Shown: positions 50,667 through 60,454 of the stretch, one piece after another
How positions within the stretch are numbered: position 1 is the stretch's first letter
How the letters are laid out: every line of letters starts with the position of its first letter
Source: an uncultured delta proteobacterium
GTDB taxonomy: Bacteria; Desulfobacterota; Desulfobacteria; Desulfobacterales; Desulfatirhabdiaceae
DNA: 64,000 nt
NCBI GenBank assembly: GCA_963789395.1
Contig: CAWBKP010000022.1
Coordinates: forward strand, 64,001-128,000
Direction: 5' to 3'
Position numbers and translations under genes: made by a program
Notes under the pieces: model-generated
The model's input: only the letters and a program-made list of their open reading frames with translations
What the model was told of the DNA's origin: nothing
The model's database searches: none

Positions 50667-52707
50667 TCAGATCCGGTCAAAGTGAGAAAACTGCATGGTA
50701 AAGGTTCCCCGGCCCTGAGTTGCGGAGCGTATCGCGGTTGAATAACCAAACATTTTGGCCAGGGGAACAATAGCCCGAATGGCCTGAAACCCGATTTTGG
50801 GTTCAATGGCTTCGATCTTTCCGCCGCGGCTGTTCAAGTCGCCGATTACATCGCCCGTGAATGCCTCCGGAACAAAAATCTCAACGTCCATGATCGGATC
50901 CAGCAGAAAAGGCCCTGCCTTGGACAGTGCATCCTTGCAGGCCATCGAAGCGCTGACCTTGTAAGCCAGATCTGTTCCCTGGGAATCACGGTAGGATCCG
51001 CCAGTCAGGCTGGCCTCGATATCCACTGCCGGATATCCCATGAGGGTTCCGCTTTCCAGCGATTCAATAACGCCTTTTTCAATGGCTTTCATGAACTGGG
51101 GGGGGGATACTGCCATCGGGGATATCCAGGACGAATTGGTTGCCGGTGCCCCTGGATAGAGGCTTAAGGTTTATGCGGACCTCGGCGTAATGACGCTGTC
51201 CGGCCACTTCCTTATCGAACACAGCAGTTGCATCTGATTTCTTTTCAATGGTTTCCCGGTAAACCACCTGGGGTTTTCCTACATTGACGCCCGTGTTGAA
51301 CTCTCTTGTCATTCGGCTGACGATGACTTCAAGGTGGAGTTCGCCCATGCCGGAAAGAATTTTTTGCCCGGTGTCCGGATCCTCCTTGACCCGAAGGGTA
51401 GGGTCTTCGGCCAGAAATTTTTCCAGCACCTGATCCAGCTTTTCCTGATCCGCCCTGGTTTTGGGCTCGATCGCCAGTGAGATGACCGGCTCATAAAACT
51501 CCATCTTTTCAAGAAGAATAGGATGGTCCGACTGACAAAGCGTTTCTCCGGTTGAAGAGTCTTTCAGGCCGATCACGCCGACAATGCTTCCGGCCCCGGC
51601 TTCATCAATCCGTTCCCGCTTGTTGGCATGCATCTGCAGGATTCGGGACAGTTTTTCCTTTTTGTTCCGGAAAGGATTGAACACATCGTCGCCTGCCTTG
51701 ATCTTTCCGCTGTAAATCCGGATAAAGGACAGCTTCCTGCCTTCCGCCATGGAAACCTTGAAGATCAGGGCAGCAAGCGGCGCCTTGTCTGTTGACGGGC
51801 ATTCGATACTCTCTCCCGTCTGCGGATGAACACCCTTGATCGGCGGTACATCGGCAGGACTTGGCAGAAATCGGACAATGGCGTCCAGAAGTGGCTGAAT
51901 CCCTTTGTTTTTCAGCGCGGATCCGCATAGAACCGGCACTGCTTTCAGGCTGATAGTGGCATTTCGAATGGCTTCCATCAGCATGTCGGGTTCTATCGGG
52001 ATTTCTGCAAGATACGCTTCCATGAGCTGGTCATCCACTTCGGCAAGCATTTCGATCAGTTTGTCCCGGTAAATGCGCGCAGATTCCAGTCTGTCCGCAG
52101 CAATATCCTCAAGGGTAAATGTGGCGCCCAGAGAGTCATCATCCCAGACGATCTGTTTCTGATGGACGAGATCGATCACACCGGCAAATGACTCCTCTTC
52201 CCCGACCGGCAGCTGTAGCATCAAGGGGGTGGCGTGAAGTCTTGAACGCATCATGTCAACGGTTCTGAAAAAATCAGCGCCGATGCGATCCAGTTTGTTC
52301 ACGAAAGCGATTTTGGGGACGTGGTATTTATCTGCCTGGCGCCATACGGTTTCAGACTGAGGTTCCACACCGCCGACCGCGCAGAAAACCCCGATTGCTC
52401 CATCCAGAACCCGCAGGGACCGCTCGACTTCTATGGTAAAATCCACATGTCCCGGTGTATCGATCAGTTGAATATCGCTGTCTTTCCAGTGACAGGTGGT
52501 TACCGCAGATGTGATGGTAATCCCCCGTTCCTGTTCATCGGGCATCCAGTCCATGATGGCCTCGCCGTCATGGACTTCGCCGATTTTATGGGATTTGCCG
52601 GTGTAATAGAGTATCCGTTCGGTAACGGTCGTCTTTCCAGCGTCGATATGGGCGATGATGCCGATATTGCGGATGGAATTGATTTTTTGTTTTTTCATCG
52701 GTTTCAA
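50667..52707 (-). CDS. fusA: Elongation factor G, stand-alone paralogue (+1 frameshift in a C9 tract at 51098-51106)
   Basis: [46 protein letters not shown]; no rpsL/rpsG/tuf neighbours. Confidence 0.93.
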
Positions 52708-52731
52708 CCTGTTGTCATTAATAAAGCTGGG

Positions 52732-52760
52732 ATATTATGGTAACAATCAAGCGATGTCAA
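52732..52760 (-). promoter_or_regulatory. Putative sigma70 promoter for fusA
   Basis: Minus strand TTGACA-N15-CATAAT (or N17-TAATAT). Confidence 0.55.
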
Positions 52761-52819
52761 GGAAAGAGAACCAAACCGTATGAATGAAGTAGCGATGCAG
52801 TAGCAGGTAGATGGCGGGG

Positions 52820-54307
52820 CTATGAAATTGCAAAAAAAGATTTGATTTTTTTTATGAACCCTCCGGGTGTGGCAGCCGCCAGGGCGATAGTATCTCCAGC
52901 CTGCCTGGCAAGTTGTTGCTGGCGTTCAGCCAGTACCTGACCCAGGTATTCGGATATCCCGGAATTGGCTGAGAGAATCTGTGAAAAAACATCTTTATGA
53001 ATCATGATGACTTCGGTGTCTTCTATGGCGCGAACGGTTGCACTCCGGGGCTCGCCGGTTAACAGGCTCATTTCACCAAAAAAATCACCTTTATTCAGAA
53101 CGGCCACCTGCTTGGATGGCTGGGAACGGCTTTCCAGAAGCACCTCGCACGTCCCTTTGGCGATGATATAAAGGGAGTCTCCGGCCTCTTGCTGCCGGAC
53201 AATGATTTCGCCATCGCCAAACGGTTCGAATTTAACCTGATGGGCTAACTGGTTGCGTTCTTCCGGAGAAAGGGGCGAAAGCACCGGCACCTTCTCAAAC
53301 ATCCGGACCAAGTCATTACAGCGATTCTCGCGAGTTGCCGCCTGGTAGGCGCGCTCCTCGTTGGCATGGTAGATGGTTCGGATCGGAAATGGAATGACGA
53401 TGTTGTGCCGTTTGAGGGCATACCAGACAAGGCTGTTGATTTCAGATTTGATTGTGGGCTCGTTTGAGAAATTTTCGTGCCAGAAACGAAACTCATAAAG
53501 AATAGCCGAATCACCAAACGCGGTCAGAATGACATCCGGGGCAGGGCGCTTAAGCACTTTCTGATGCCGGTGTAATACTTCAAGAATCACTTTTTTCACC
53601 TGATCCGGCGGTGTGTCATACTCCAGGCCAATCGACATCCTGGATCGCACCTTCCGCTCCGGTTTGGAAAAGTTCAAAAATACGCGGGCGGTGATTTCCG
53701 AATTGGGAATGTAGACGAGAACCTGATCCCGTGTGAGGAGTTTGGTGGATTTCCAGTTGATGCTGGTAACCATGCCGATATGATCGCCTACCTGAATCCA
53801 GTCACCGATGTCGAATGGCCGTTCAAGCTGAAGGACAAGGCCAAGGAAAAAATTGCTGAGGATCGACTGGGCGGCAAATCCCAGAACAACGGTGAGAGCG
53901 GCAGATGTGGTGACCAGGCTGATCAGATTGATATTGCTCTGCAGGCGCAGGACGATGAAAACCAGAATCGCATAACACAGAAACAGTATAAAATCACGGG
54001 TGATCCTGGGAATGGGCTTTTTTCCGCGGACTTTCAGCGGAATTTCCAGGGTACCGGCAAAAACCAGTCGCGCAATTGCCCAGGACAGTACAATGGATTT
54101 GGTTACCGTGAGCCAGATTTCCAAGTCCGTGGATGATACAAGGGATTGGGTCAAACGCGACAAAAATAAAATGCAAAAATAAATAATTAATAGCGTAAGG
54201 GGAAGTTCGGGGAGTCTGGAAGACCGTTTTGATACAATGTGATACAGAACGAGCAGGACAATGGACAAAAGCGCCAGCCATAACGTCAAATCAAAAAATA
54301 CTGGCAC
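52820..54307 (-). CDS. MscS-family mechanosensitive channel with C-terminal cyclic-nucleotide-binding domain
   Basis: LGFAAQ.ILSNF, PFDIGDWI, IPNS, IPFP; cNMP motif GDFFGEMSLL.GEPRSATV. Confidence 0.92.
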   Translation of the reverse strand: MPVFFDLTLWLALLSIVLLVLYHIVSKRSSRLPELPLTLLIIYFCILFLSRLTQSLVSSTDLEIWLTVTKSIVLSWAIARLVFAGTLEIPLKVRGKKPIPRITRDFILFLCYAILVFIVLRLQSNINLISLVTTSAALTVVLGFAAQSILSNFFLGLVLQLERPFDIGDWIQVGDHIGMVTSINWKSTKLLTRDQVLVYIPNSEITARVFLNFSKPERKVRSRMSIGLEYDTPPDQVKKVILEVLHRHQKVLKRPAPDVILTAFGDSAILYEFRFWHENFSNEPTIKSEINSLVWYALKRHNIVIPFPIRTIYHANEERAYQAATRENRCNDLVRMFEKVPVLSPLSPEERNQLAHQVKFEPFGDGEIIVRQQEAGDSLYIIAKGTCEVLLESRSQPSKQVAVLNKGDFFGEMSLLTGEPRSATVRAIEDTEVIMIHKDVFSQILSANSGISEYLGQVLAERQQQLARQAGDTIALAAATPGGFIKKIKSFFAIS

Positions 54308-54518
54308 GCGTTACCATCCTGAATGACCTGTATGAAAGACGTTGGAGTAAAATAGAAGGTCGGCGGGTTGGAATTCGATGATAGAAACCGAAAGGGCGGT
54401 TGCTTGAGTACCGCCGGGAAAGAATTCGGCCTTATTTTCTTGCCGCAGCTGGTTTTTACACGTCATGTCAGGCTCAATTATTATTGGGTGCGCATGAAAA
54501 ATAGGCATCACACATATC

Positions 54519-54555
54519 AAAAAAAGGGGCAACCGGAAATCTCAGGCTACCCCCT
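54519..54555 (-). terminator. Rho-independent terminator (minus strand)
   Basis: GGGGTAGCC...GGTTGCCCC stem followed by T7. Confidence 0.65.
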
Positions 54556-54622
54556 CGAAACTGGCTTATTTTTAATACATCATCGGTAAAAATAAGCGGC
54601 GTGTTTAGTCAGAAAAGATATA

Positions 54623-54832
54623 TTAGTGTCTTGCGTAAGAAATTCCCCACCATTTTTCCTGTGCGGAATCGTTAGCGGCTTTTTCCGTCACATTTTTAAA
54701 TCCCCACCAGCTGAATCCCAGATGGCTCCAGGTTTTGTAGTGGGAACCGTGCTCCATGTATTCTGATTCTTTGATTCCTGCGCACCCTGCCAGAAACATT
54801 CCCAATGCAATGATCAAAACCATTTTTTTCAT
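54623..54832 (-). CDS. Small lipoprotein
   Basis: AAGGAGG RBS, lipobox LAG|C, 69 aa, Trp/His-rich. Confidence 0.75.
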   Translation of the reverse strand: MKKMVLIIALGMFLAGCAGIKESEYMEHGSHYKTWSHLGFSWWGFKNVTEKAANDSAQEKWWGISYARH

Positions 54833-55148
54833 TTGTTTTCCTCCTTTTATTGAATCATTAAAAAAATAAATAAATTACACTTCTCCATATTCTCCATGAG
54901 ATTTCATATAACAAAATTATCAAGAGTGCAATCAAAATTCTAAATAAATCCGTAATGGAGATTGTTCCCATCTGAAAGAGATAAAATTTGTATAGGCCCG
55001 CGAGTGACACAACCGGCATTTTCCGCATAAATGATATTTATATTGGCGGAAGACTAAAATAAAATCTTGAAAAACCGGTCATGTTCGAATATGAAGCATA
55101 AGGTTTGATTTAACGCCTTATTGGCATAATCCGGATAAGGAGGTAGAA

Positions 55149-55622
55149 ATGGGACAGAAGATTCTGGTTGCTCTGGATGATTCCAGCAATGCAATGCGGA
55201 CAATTGAATTTATTGCCAAAACTTTTTCTCAATCTGAAAACGACCTTACCCTTTTCAGCGTTCTTCCCGATACCGCCACGCTTTGCGACATGAACAGCCC
55301 TGAATTGACCCCTTATTTTATTTCTCAGCAAAACAGTTTTTGTCAGCTTGAAGAGCAAAAAAAACTGCTGATCCAAGAAGCCTTGAAAAAGGCAAAGGAT
55401 ATTCTGGCAAGCGCCGGGTTCAGTCCTGACCGTATTCACCTGAAAATTCAGGTGAAGAAGCGGGGAATCGCCAGGGATATCATCGAAGAGGCCCATTCCG
55501 GATATGCCATTGTCGTTATGGGCAAAAGAGGCCTTTCCGGAGTTAAGGAGTTTATGCTGGGAAGCGTTTCTCAAAAAGTCATTCATGGTGTGAAGGACAT
55601 CTCCGTGGTCATTGTGAACTGA
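55149..55622 (+). CDS. Universal stress protein
   Basis: KILVALDDS, VVMGKRGLSGVKEFMLGSVSQKV; strong RBS. Confidence 0.92.
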   Translation: MGQKILVALDDSSNAMRTIEFIAKTFSQSENDLTLFSVLPDTATLCDMNSPELTPYFISQQNSFCQLEEQKKLLIQEALKKAKDILASAGFSPDRIHLKIQVKKRGIARDIIEEAHSGYAIVVMGKRGLSGVKEFMLGSVSQKVIHGVKDISVVIVN

Positions 55623-55628
55623 TCTTTC

Positions 55629-55659
55629 GCGCCCCTGACCGCTGGGCGCTTTACGTTTT
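55629..55659 (+). terminator. Possible weak terminator after the usp gene
   Basis: GCGCCC-N9-GGGCGC then TTTACGTTTT. Confidence 0.35.
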
Positions 55660-55729
55660 CTGATTAACCACTTTGTCCCGTGTGCGTGCTCAAATTCAGG
55701 TGCGCATCCGGATGTGAAAGGAACCGGCC

Positions 55730-56167
55730 ATGGCCTCAAAGAAACACCTGCAAATAGCCTACAGCGCGGCCATCATTCTTTTTGTTATTGGCGCATTCAG
55801 CTATGCTGCTTTTTCCGCAAAAAAACCCGAACAGCCTGTCAGGATCATGTTTAAAGCGATTGCCGGAAAAGTCCTGTTCGATCACAAAACCCATGCGTCC
55901 GGTGCAGGTTACGGTGCGTCATGCAATGACTGCCATCATCATCCGGCCGGACAGGATTCCGGATACAGGGCCTGTGGTGACTGTCATCTGCCTGCTGAGA
56001 GCAGCACCGATGCAAAGCCTGAGGTCTGTAAGGATTGCCATGACCCCGGTGATTATGAAGGTGTTGAAATTTTAAAGAAAACCGAAGCATTTCACGACCA
56101 GTGTATTAATTGCCACAAGCAGATCGGGGCCGGACCTCAGGAATGTTCGGCATGCCATGTCTTGTAA
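55730..56167 (+). CDS. Class III (c3-type) multiheme cytochrome c with five CxxCH motifs
   Basis: N-terminal TM/signal, FDHKTH, CNDCH, CGDCH, CKDCH, CINCH, CSACH. Confidence 0.92.
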   Translation: MASKKHLQIAYSAAIILFVIGAFSYAAFSAKKPEQPVRIMFKAIAGKVLFDHKTHASGAGYGASCNDCHHHPAGQDSGYRACGDCHLPAESSTDAKPEVCKDCHDPGDYEGVEILKKTEAFHDQCINCHKQIGAGPQECSACHVL

Positions 56168-56231
56168 CGCTTTCGGGACCAGTGATTGCTTTTTGTCAAC
56201 CTCATGCTGTTATCACGTAAAGGTTTGAACC

Positions 56232-57515
56232 ATGCTAAAAAGATCATTTGTCGGATTGACAAAACCCTGGATCAAATATGAAGTTCTGGGGAAAAGTCCG
56301 CAGGAACCTGTGAACGTCCCCGATGCCGATGAAGCCATTTTGTTTCTGGAAGGCAGCTATCAATACCTGAATGAGATTCAACTGAAAAAGGGCCAGGAGG
56401 TCAGGTCCGGCCAGCGGCTCTATTTGAAAGAAGGCGATACGGCGTTCACGCTGTCAACAGTTGCCGGAACCATTTCCTCCCTGTCCCAATTCACCGGTGA
56501 TTTTGGCAGACGCTATACGGCGGTTGCCATTCAAATTTCACAGAATGAAGAACGGGATGCTGAGTTCGAGACGGTGCGGGGAGACTGGTCGCTTCAGACG
56601 GCATCGTCTTTTCTTCGGGGAATGCCGGGGGATTTGCCGTTTCATCTCCTGACGGATTCACGGGAGCCGGTTCACACCCTGATTATTACGGGAATGGACG
56701 GCGATCTTCTGGTAACCACGCAGCAATATGTGGTGCGCTCGGATTTTGACAGACTTGCCCGTGGCATCCATGTCCTGAAAAAAATAACCGGCATCGAAAA
56801 TGTCATACTGGCCGTGTCCAGAGAATTCATACAGGGATACGGACATATCGGGGCTGTGGTGAAATTTGTGGATACGGCGTATCCCTCGGCCCATCCGGTG
56901 CTTCTGTCCAGTGCGCTTCTGGGCCGGGTGATTCCCGCCGGAAAAACCTGTGAAGACATCGGTGTATGCTGCATGAACGCCGAAGCCGTCGTGTCGCTGG
57001 GAGAGGCGTTTGAAACCGGCCGAATTCCAGAAAAAAAGCTTCTGACTGTCGTCGGCAAAGACGGACGCGGCATCCTGGTTTCCGCACGAGTCGGCACCCC
57101 GGTCCGGCAGATTTTTAACACACTTGGCATGACAATTAAAACCGGAGACCGGATTATAGCCGGCGGGCCAATGACCGGCTCGGCCATTTATTCGGAAGAT
57201 TATCCGGTCCAGCCCGGAACAGACGCCCTTCTGGTTCAGGACGGCGACACCATTCCGCTGTACTCGGATTATCCCTGCATCAACTGCGGCGACTGCATTC
57301 GCATCTGTCCGGTAAATGTTCCGGTCAACATGATGATCCGCTTCCTTGAGGCCGGGCATTACCAGGAAGCCGTCGATATGTATGATCTGAACTCCTGCAT
57401 TGAATGCGGCCTGTGTTCGTTTGTATGCGTATCGCAGATTCCGATCTTCCAATATATCAAACTGGCAAAACACGAACTTGCCTTGAAGCAGGCAGCGGAG
57501 GCAGCCAATGGTTAA
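56232..57515 (+). CDS. rnfC: Rnf complex subunit C (atypical)
   Basis: N-terminal sandwich (STVAGTI), YP, GGPMTG, two ferredoxin motifs CINCGDCIRICP and CIECGLCSFVC. Confidence 0.85.
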   Translation: MLKRSFVGLTKPWIKYEVLGKSPQEPVNVPDADEAILFLEGSYQYLNEIQLKKGQEVRSGQRLYLKEGDTAFTLSTVAGTISSLSQFTGDFGRRYTAVAIQISQNEERDAEFETVRGDWSLQTASSFLRGMPGDLPFHLLTDSREPVHTLIITGMDGDLLVTTQQYVVRSDFDRLARGIHVLKKITGIENVILAVSREFIQGYGHIGAVVKFVDTAYPSAHPVLLSSALLGRVIPAGKTCEDIGVCCMNAEAVVSLGEAFETGRIPEKKLLTVVGKDGRGILVSARVGTPVRQIFNTLGMTIKTGDRIIAGGPMTGSAIYSEDYPVQPGTDALLVQDGDTIPLYSDYPCINCGDCIRICPVNVPVNMMIRFLEAGHYQEAVDMYDLNSCIECGLCSFVCVSQIPIFQYIKLAKHELALKQAAEAANG

Positions 57516-58476
57516 TCCGAAAAAATTTATTGTATCCCATGCCCCTTTCTGGCACAACGGAAACAGTATTGCGGAACGCAGTTGCCAGTTGATGCTGGCA
57601 ACGGTTCCGGCCCTTCTGCTGGGCGTTTATCAGTACGGCATCATGGCCGTGAGGGTAATCGCTCTCAGCGTTTCCATGGCCATGATATGGGAGCTTGCCG
57701 CCAACCGGATGACAAAGCGCCCTTACAGCATCGGAGACGGGAATGCGGCTGTCATCGGACTGCTCTTTGCCATGCTCCTGCCGGCAACCACACCCTGGTG
57801 GGCGGTGGTGATCGGAACATTCGTTGCGATTTTCGTGGGAAAGCAGATTTATGGCGGCATCGGCGGAAATCCCTTTAATCCGGTTCTGATCGGACTGGCC
57901 ATTGTTTTGTTGTCCTGGAAAGGGATATTCGATTTCAATGAAGCCCTGGTGAACTACGATTTCGGATTCAACATGGTGTATCCGCTGGCAGCCATCAAGC
58001 ATCACGGCGCATCCGCAGCCGGAACTTATTCCCTGACAGGGCTGCTGATGGGGCAGCAAACCGGCGGCATCGGTGCAACATTCGGCCTGGGATTGATACT
58101 TGGCGGTCTGTATTTAATCCTTAAAGGCGTTATCCGCTGGGAAATTTCGCTTTCCTACCTTGCCGGAGTCTTTTTCACGGCCCTTGTTTTCAACCTGGTC
58201 AACCCCATCCGCTTTGCCCCGGCCGAGTTTCATCTGGTGACCGGTTATACCCTGATTGGCGCATTTTTCCTGGTCACCGAAGACTCTTCCTCTCCGGTGA
58301 ATTTTCTGCCCATGATCCTGTATGGTGCCGGGGCCGGAGTTTTGACGGTTTTGATCCGAAATATCGGCGCTTATGCTGACGGCGTGGTTTTCGCGATCCT
58401 GATGTTTAATATTGCCAATCCACTTCTGGATAAAATCATGCCAAAAGCATTGGGAAAGGTTGATCATCATGCGTGA
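57508..58476 (+). CDS. rnfD: Rnf complex subunit D
   Basis: GKQIYGGIGGNPFNP, GAFFLVTE..SSP, DGVVFAILMFN..PLLD. Confidence 0.92.
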   Translation: MVNPKKFIVSHAPFWHNGNSIAERSCQLMLATVPALLLGVYQYGIMAVRVIALSVSMAMIWELAANRMTKRPYSIGDGNAAVIGLLFAMLLPATTPWWAVVIGTFVAIFVGKQIYGGIGGNPFNPVLIGLAIVLLSWKGIFDFNEALVNYDFGFNMVYPLAAIKHHGASAAGTYSLTGLLMGQQTGGIGATFGLGLILGGLYLILKGVIRWEISLSYLAGVFFTALVFNLVNPIRFAPAEFHLVTGYTLIGAFFLVTEDSSSPVNFLPMILYGAGAGVLTVLIRNIGAYADGVVFAILMFNIANPLLDKIMPKALGKVDHHA

Positions 58477-59059
58477 AATGATAAAAATGGTTGTGGTTCT
58501 CACCGCATTAAGCTGTATGTCCGGGGGGCTTCTGGCCTCTTTGCGGGACAGCACCAAAGATCAGATTGAAAATCAGCAGCTGGAATTTGTCAAAGGCCCG
58601 GCCATACGCAAGATCCTGGAAGGCGCATCCAATGATCCCATCAAGGACCGGTTCAAGATCAAGGACGGGGATGTGGAAAGAAGTTTTTTTGTGGGTGTGG
58701 TCAACGGCAAACCGGATGCCGTGGTCTTTGAAAGCGCCGGAAAAGGCTTTGGGGGTACGATCGGCCTGATGGTCGGCGTCAATCTCGCGGATGATAAAAT
58801 TGTCGGCATCGCTGTGACCACACACAGCGAAACCCCCGGGGTCGGAGCCAAAGCCCAGACCGATCCGGCATTTGCCAAGCAGTTTAAAGGCATGGTTCTC
58901 AAGGACGAGTTCAAAGTCAAGCCCGACGGTGGAAAAGTCGATGCACTCTCCGGTGCAACCGTTACCTCGCGCGGGGTTGCGGTAGCAGTTAGCGATGCAG
59001 CGAAAATCTATGATAAGCTCAAGCCCCAGTTGGCGGAAAAAACCAAGGCGATTAAATAG
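58469..59059 (+). CDS. rnfG: Rnf complex subunit G
   Basis: GFGG.I, HSETPG.G, FMN attachment motif DALSGAT. Confidence 0.93.
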   Translation: MREMIKMVVVLTALSCMSGGLLASLRDSTKDQIENQQLEFVKGPAIRKILEGASNDPIKDRFKIKDGDVERSFFVGVVNGKPDAVVFESAGKGFGGTIGLMVGVNLADDKIVGIAVTTHSETPGVGAKAQTDPAFAKQFKGMVLKDEFKVKPDGGKVDALSGATVTSRGVAVAVSDAAKIYDKLKPQLAEKTKAIK

Positions 59060-59067
59060 GGGGGAAT

Positions 59068-59661
59068 ATGGCAAAAACGATTACTCAGGAATTTACAAAA
59101 GGGCTGTGGGCGGAAATTCCTCCCTTTCGGCTGGTGCTGGGCTTGTGTCCGACACTGGCTGTGACCAAGTCCGTGGAAAATGCGGTCGGAATGGGGATTG
59201 CCGTAATATTTGTTCTGGTCTGCTCAAACGTTCTGGTGTCGGCCCTTAGAAAAATCATTCCGGGAAAGGTGAGAATTGCCTGTTTCATTATCGTCATCGC
59301 AACATTTGTTACGGTTGTCGAGCTACTCATGCAGGCCTACACGTATCCGCTTTTTCTGAAGCTGGGAATATTTATTCCCCTGATCGTGGTCAACTGCATT
59401 CCGCTGGGCAGGGCCGAGGCGTTTGCCTATAAAAACGGTTTGCTGGCTTCCTGTGCGGACGGACTGGGAATGGGCCTCGGATATGCACTGTCCCTGACGG
59501 TGCTGTCTACTTTCAGAGAAGTGCTCGGAAGCGGAACATTTCTGGGAAAAGCGGTTTTCGGCCCGTCTTTTCAGCCGTTTTCCTTTATGGTGGAGGCGCC
59601 CGGCGCATTTGTCTGTCTGGGACTGATGCTCTGTATCATGAACGTTCTGGGGAAAAAATAA
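59068..59661 (+). CDS. rnfE: Rnf complex subunit E
   Basis: LGLCPTLAVT, IPLIVVNC..LGRAEAFA. Confidence 0.95.
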   Translation: MAKTITQEFTKGLWAEIPPFRLVLGLCPTLAVTKSVENAVGMGIAVIFVLVCSNVLVSALRKIIPGKVRIACFIIVIATFVTVVELLMQAYTYPLFLKLGIFIPLIVVNCIPLGRAEAFAYKNGLLASCADGLGMGLGYALSLTVLSTFREVLGSGTFLGKAVFGPSFQPFSFMVEAPGAFVCLGLMLCIMNVLGKK

Positions 59662-59671
59662 GAGGTGATGC

Positions 59672-60247
59672 ATGGGTGATTATGTTCTGCTTGTGGTCAG
59701 TTGCGTTCTGGTCAACAATATTCTGCTGGCCCAGTATCTGGGAAACTGCCCGTTTCTGGGAACTTCCAAGAAAATGGAAACCGCCGTCGGCATGGCAATG
59801 GCCGTTATCTTTGTTCTGGTTCTGGCAGGGGCCATTACCTGGTTGGTGGAGATGTACGTCCTCAGGCCCCTGGGGCTGGAATATCTCCGGACCATGTCCT
59901 TTATCGTGGTGATCGCCTCCCTGGTCCAGTTCGTGGAAATGTTTCTCAGAAAAAGCATTCCGGCGCTTTACGCGGGTCTTGGAATTTATCTTCCCCTGAT
60001 TACCACCAACTGTGCGGTGTTGGGAGTTTGCCTGATCAATATCAATGAAGAATACAATTTCATCAAGACACTGGTTGCCTCTTTCGGGTATTCAACGGGT
60101 TTCGGTTTTGCACTGATCCTGTTTGCCGGGGTCCGGGAGCGGATACTGCTTGCAAGGGTTCCCAAGCCCCTTCAGGATACATCGATCGGTCTTGTCACTG
60201 CAGGGCTTCTGTCTCTGTCTTTTTTTGCCTTTAAAGGCATGGTGTAA
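59672..60247 (+). CDS. rnfA: Rnf complex subunit A
   Basis: NNILL..YLGNCPFLG, LPLITTNCAVLG, FAGVRER. Confidence 0.95.
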   Translation: MGDYVLLVVSCVLVNNILLAQYLGNCPFLGTSKKMETAVGMAMAVIFVLVLAGAITWLVEMYVLRPLGLEYLRTMSFIVVIASLVQFVEMFLRKSIPALYAGLGIYLPLITTNCAVLGVCLININEEYNFIKTLVASFGYSTGFGFALILFAGVRERILLARVPKPLQDTSIGLVTAGLLSLSFFAFKGMV

Positions 60248-60454
60248 AGAGAGACAGAATATAGAAGACTGACGGCTAAAGGGATTTTTGGTAAATCATC
60301 ATCGATCATATGCCGTTTTGGCCGGTTCCCGAACTCCGGATTTGGAACCGGCGCGATCGCATCGATTTGTCAATACCGGATTTACAGCTTGATTCCTTGG
60401 GTGACAATGTTTTGGCCCTCAGTCTGATATCCTTTTCCAGGATTTATATCGACG

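Noticed and set aside
56658..57557. 299-aa antisense ORF
   Set aside because: Shadow of rnfC with no motifs or RBS.
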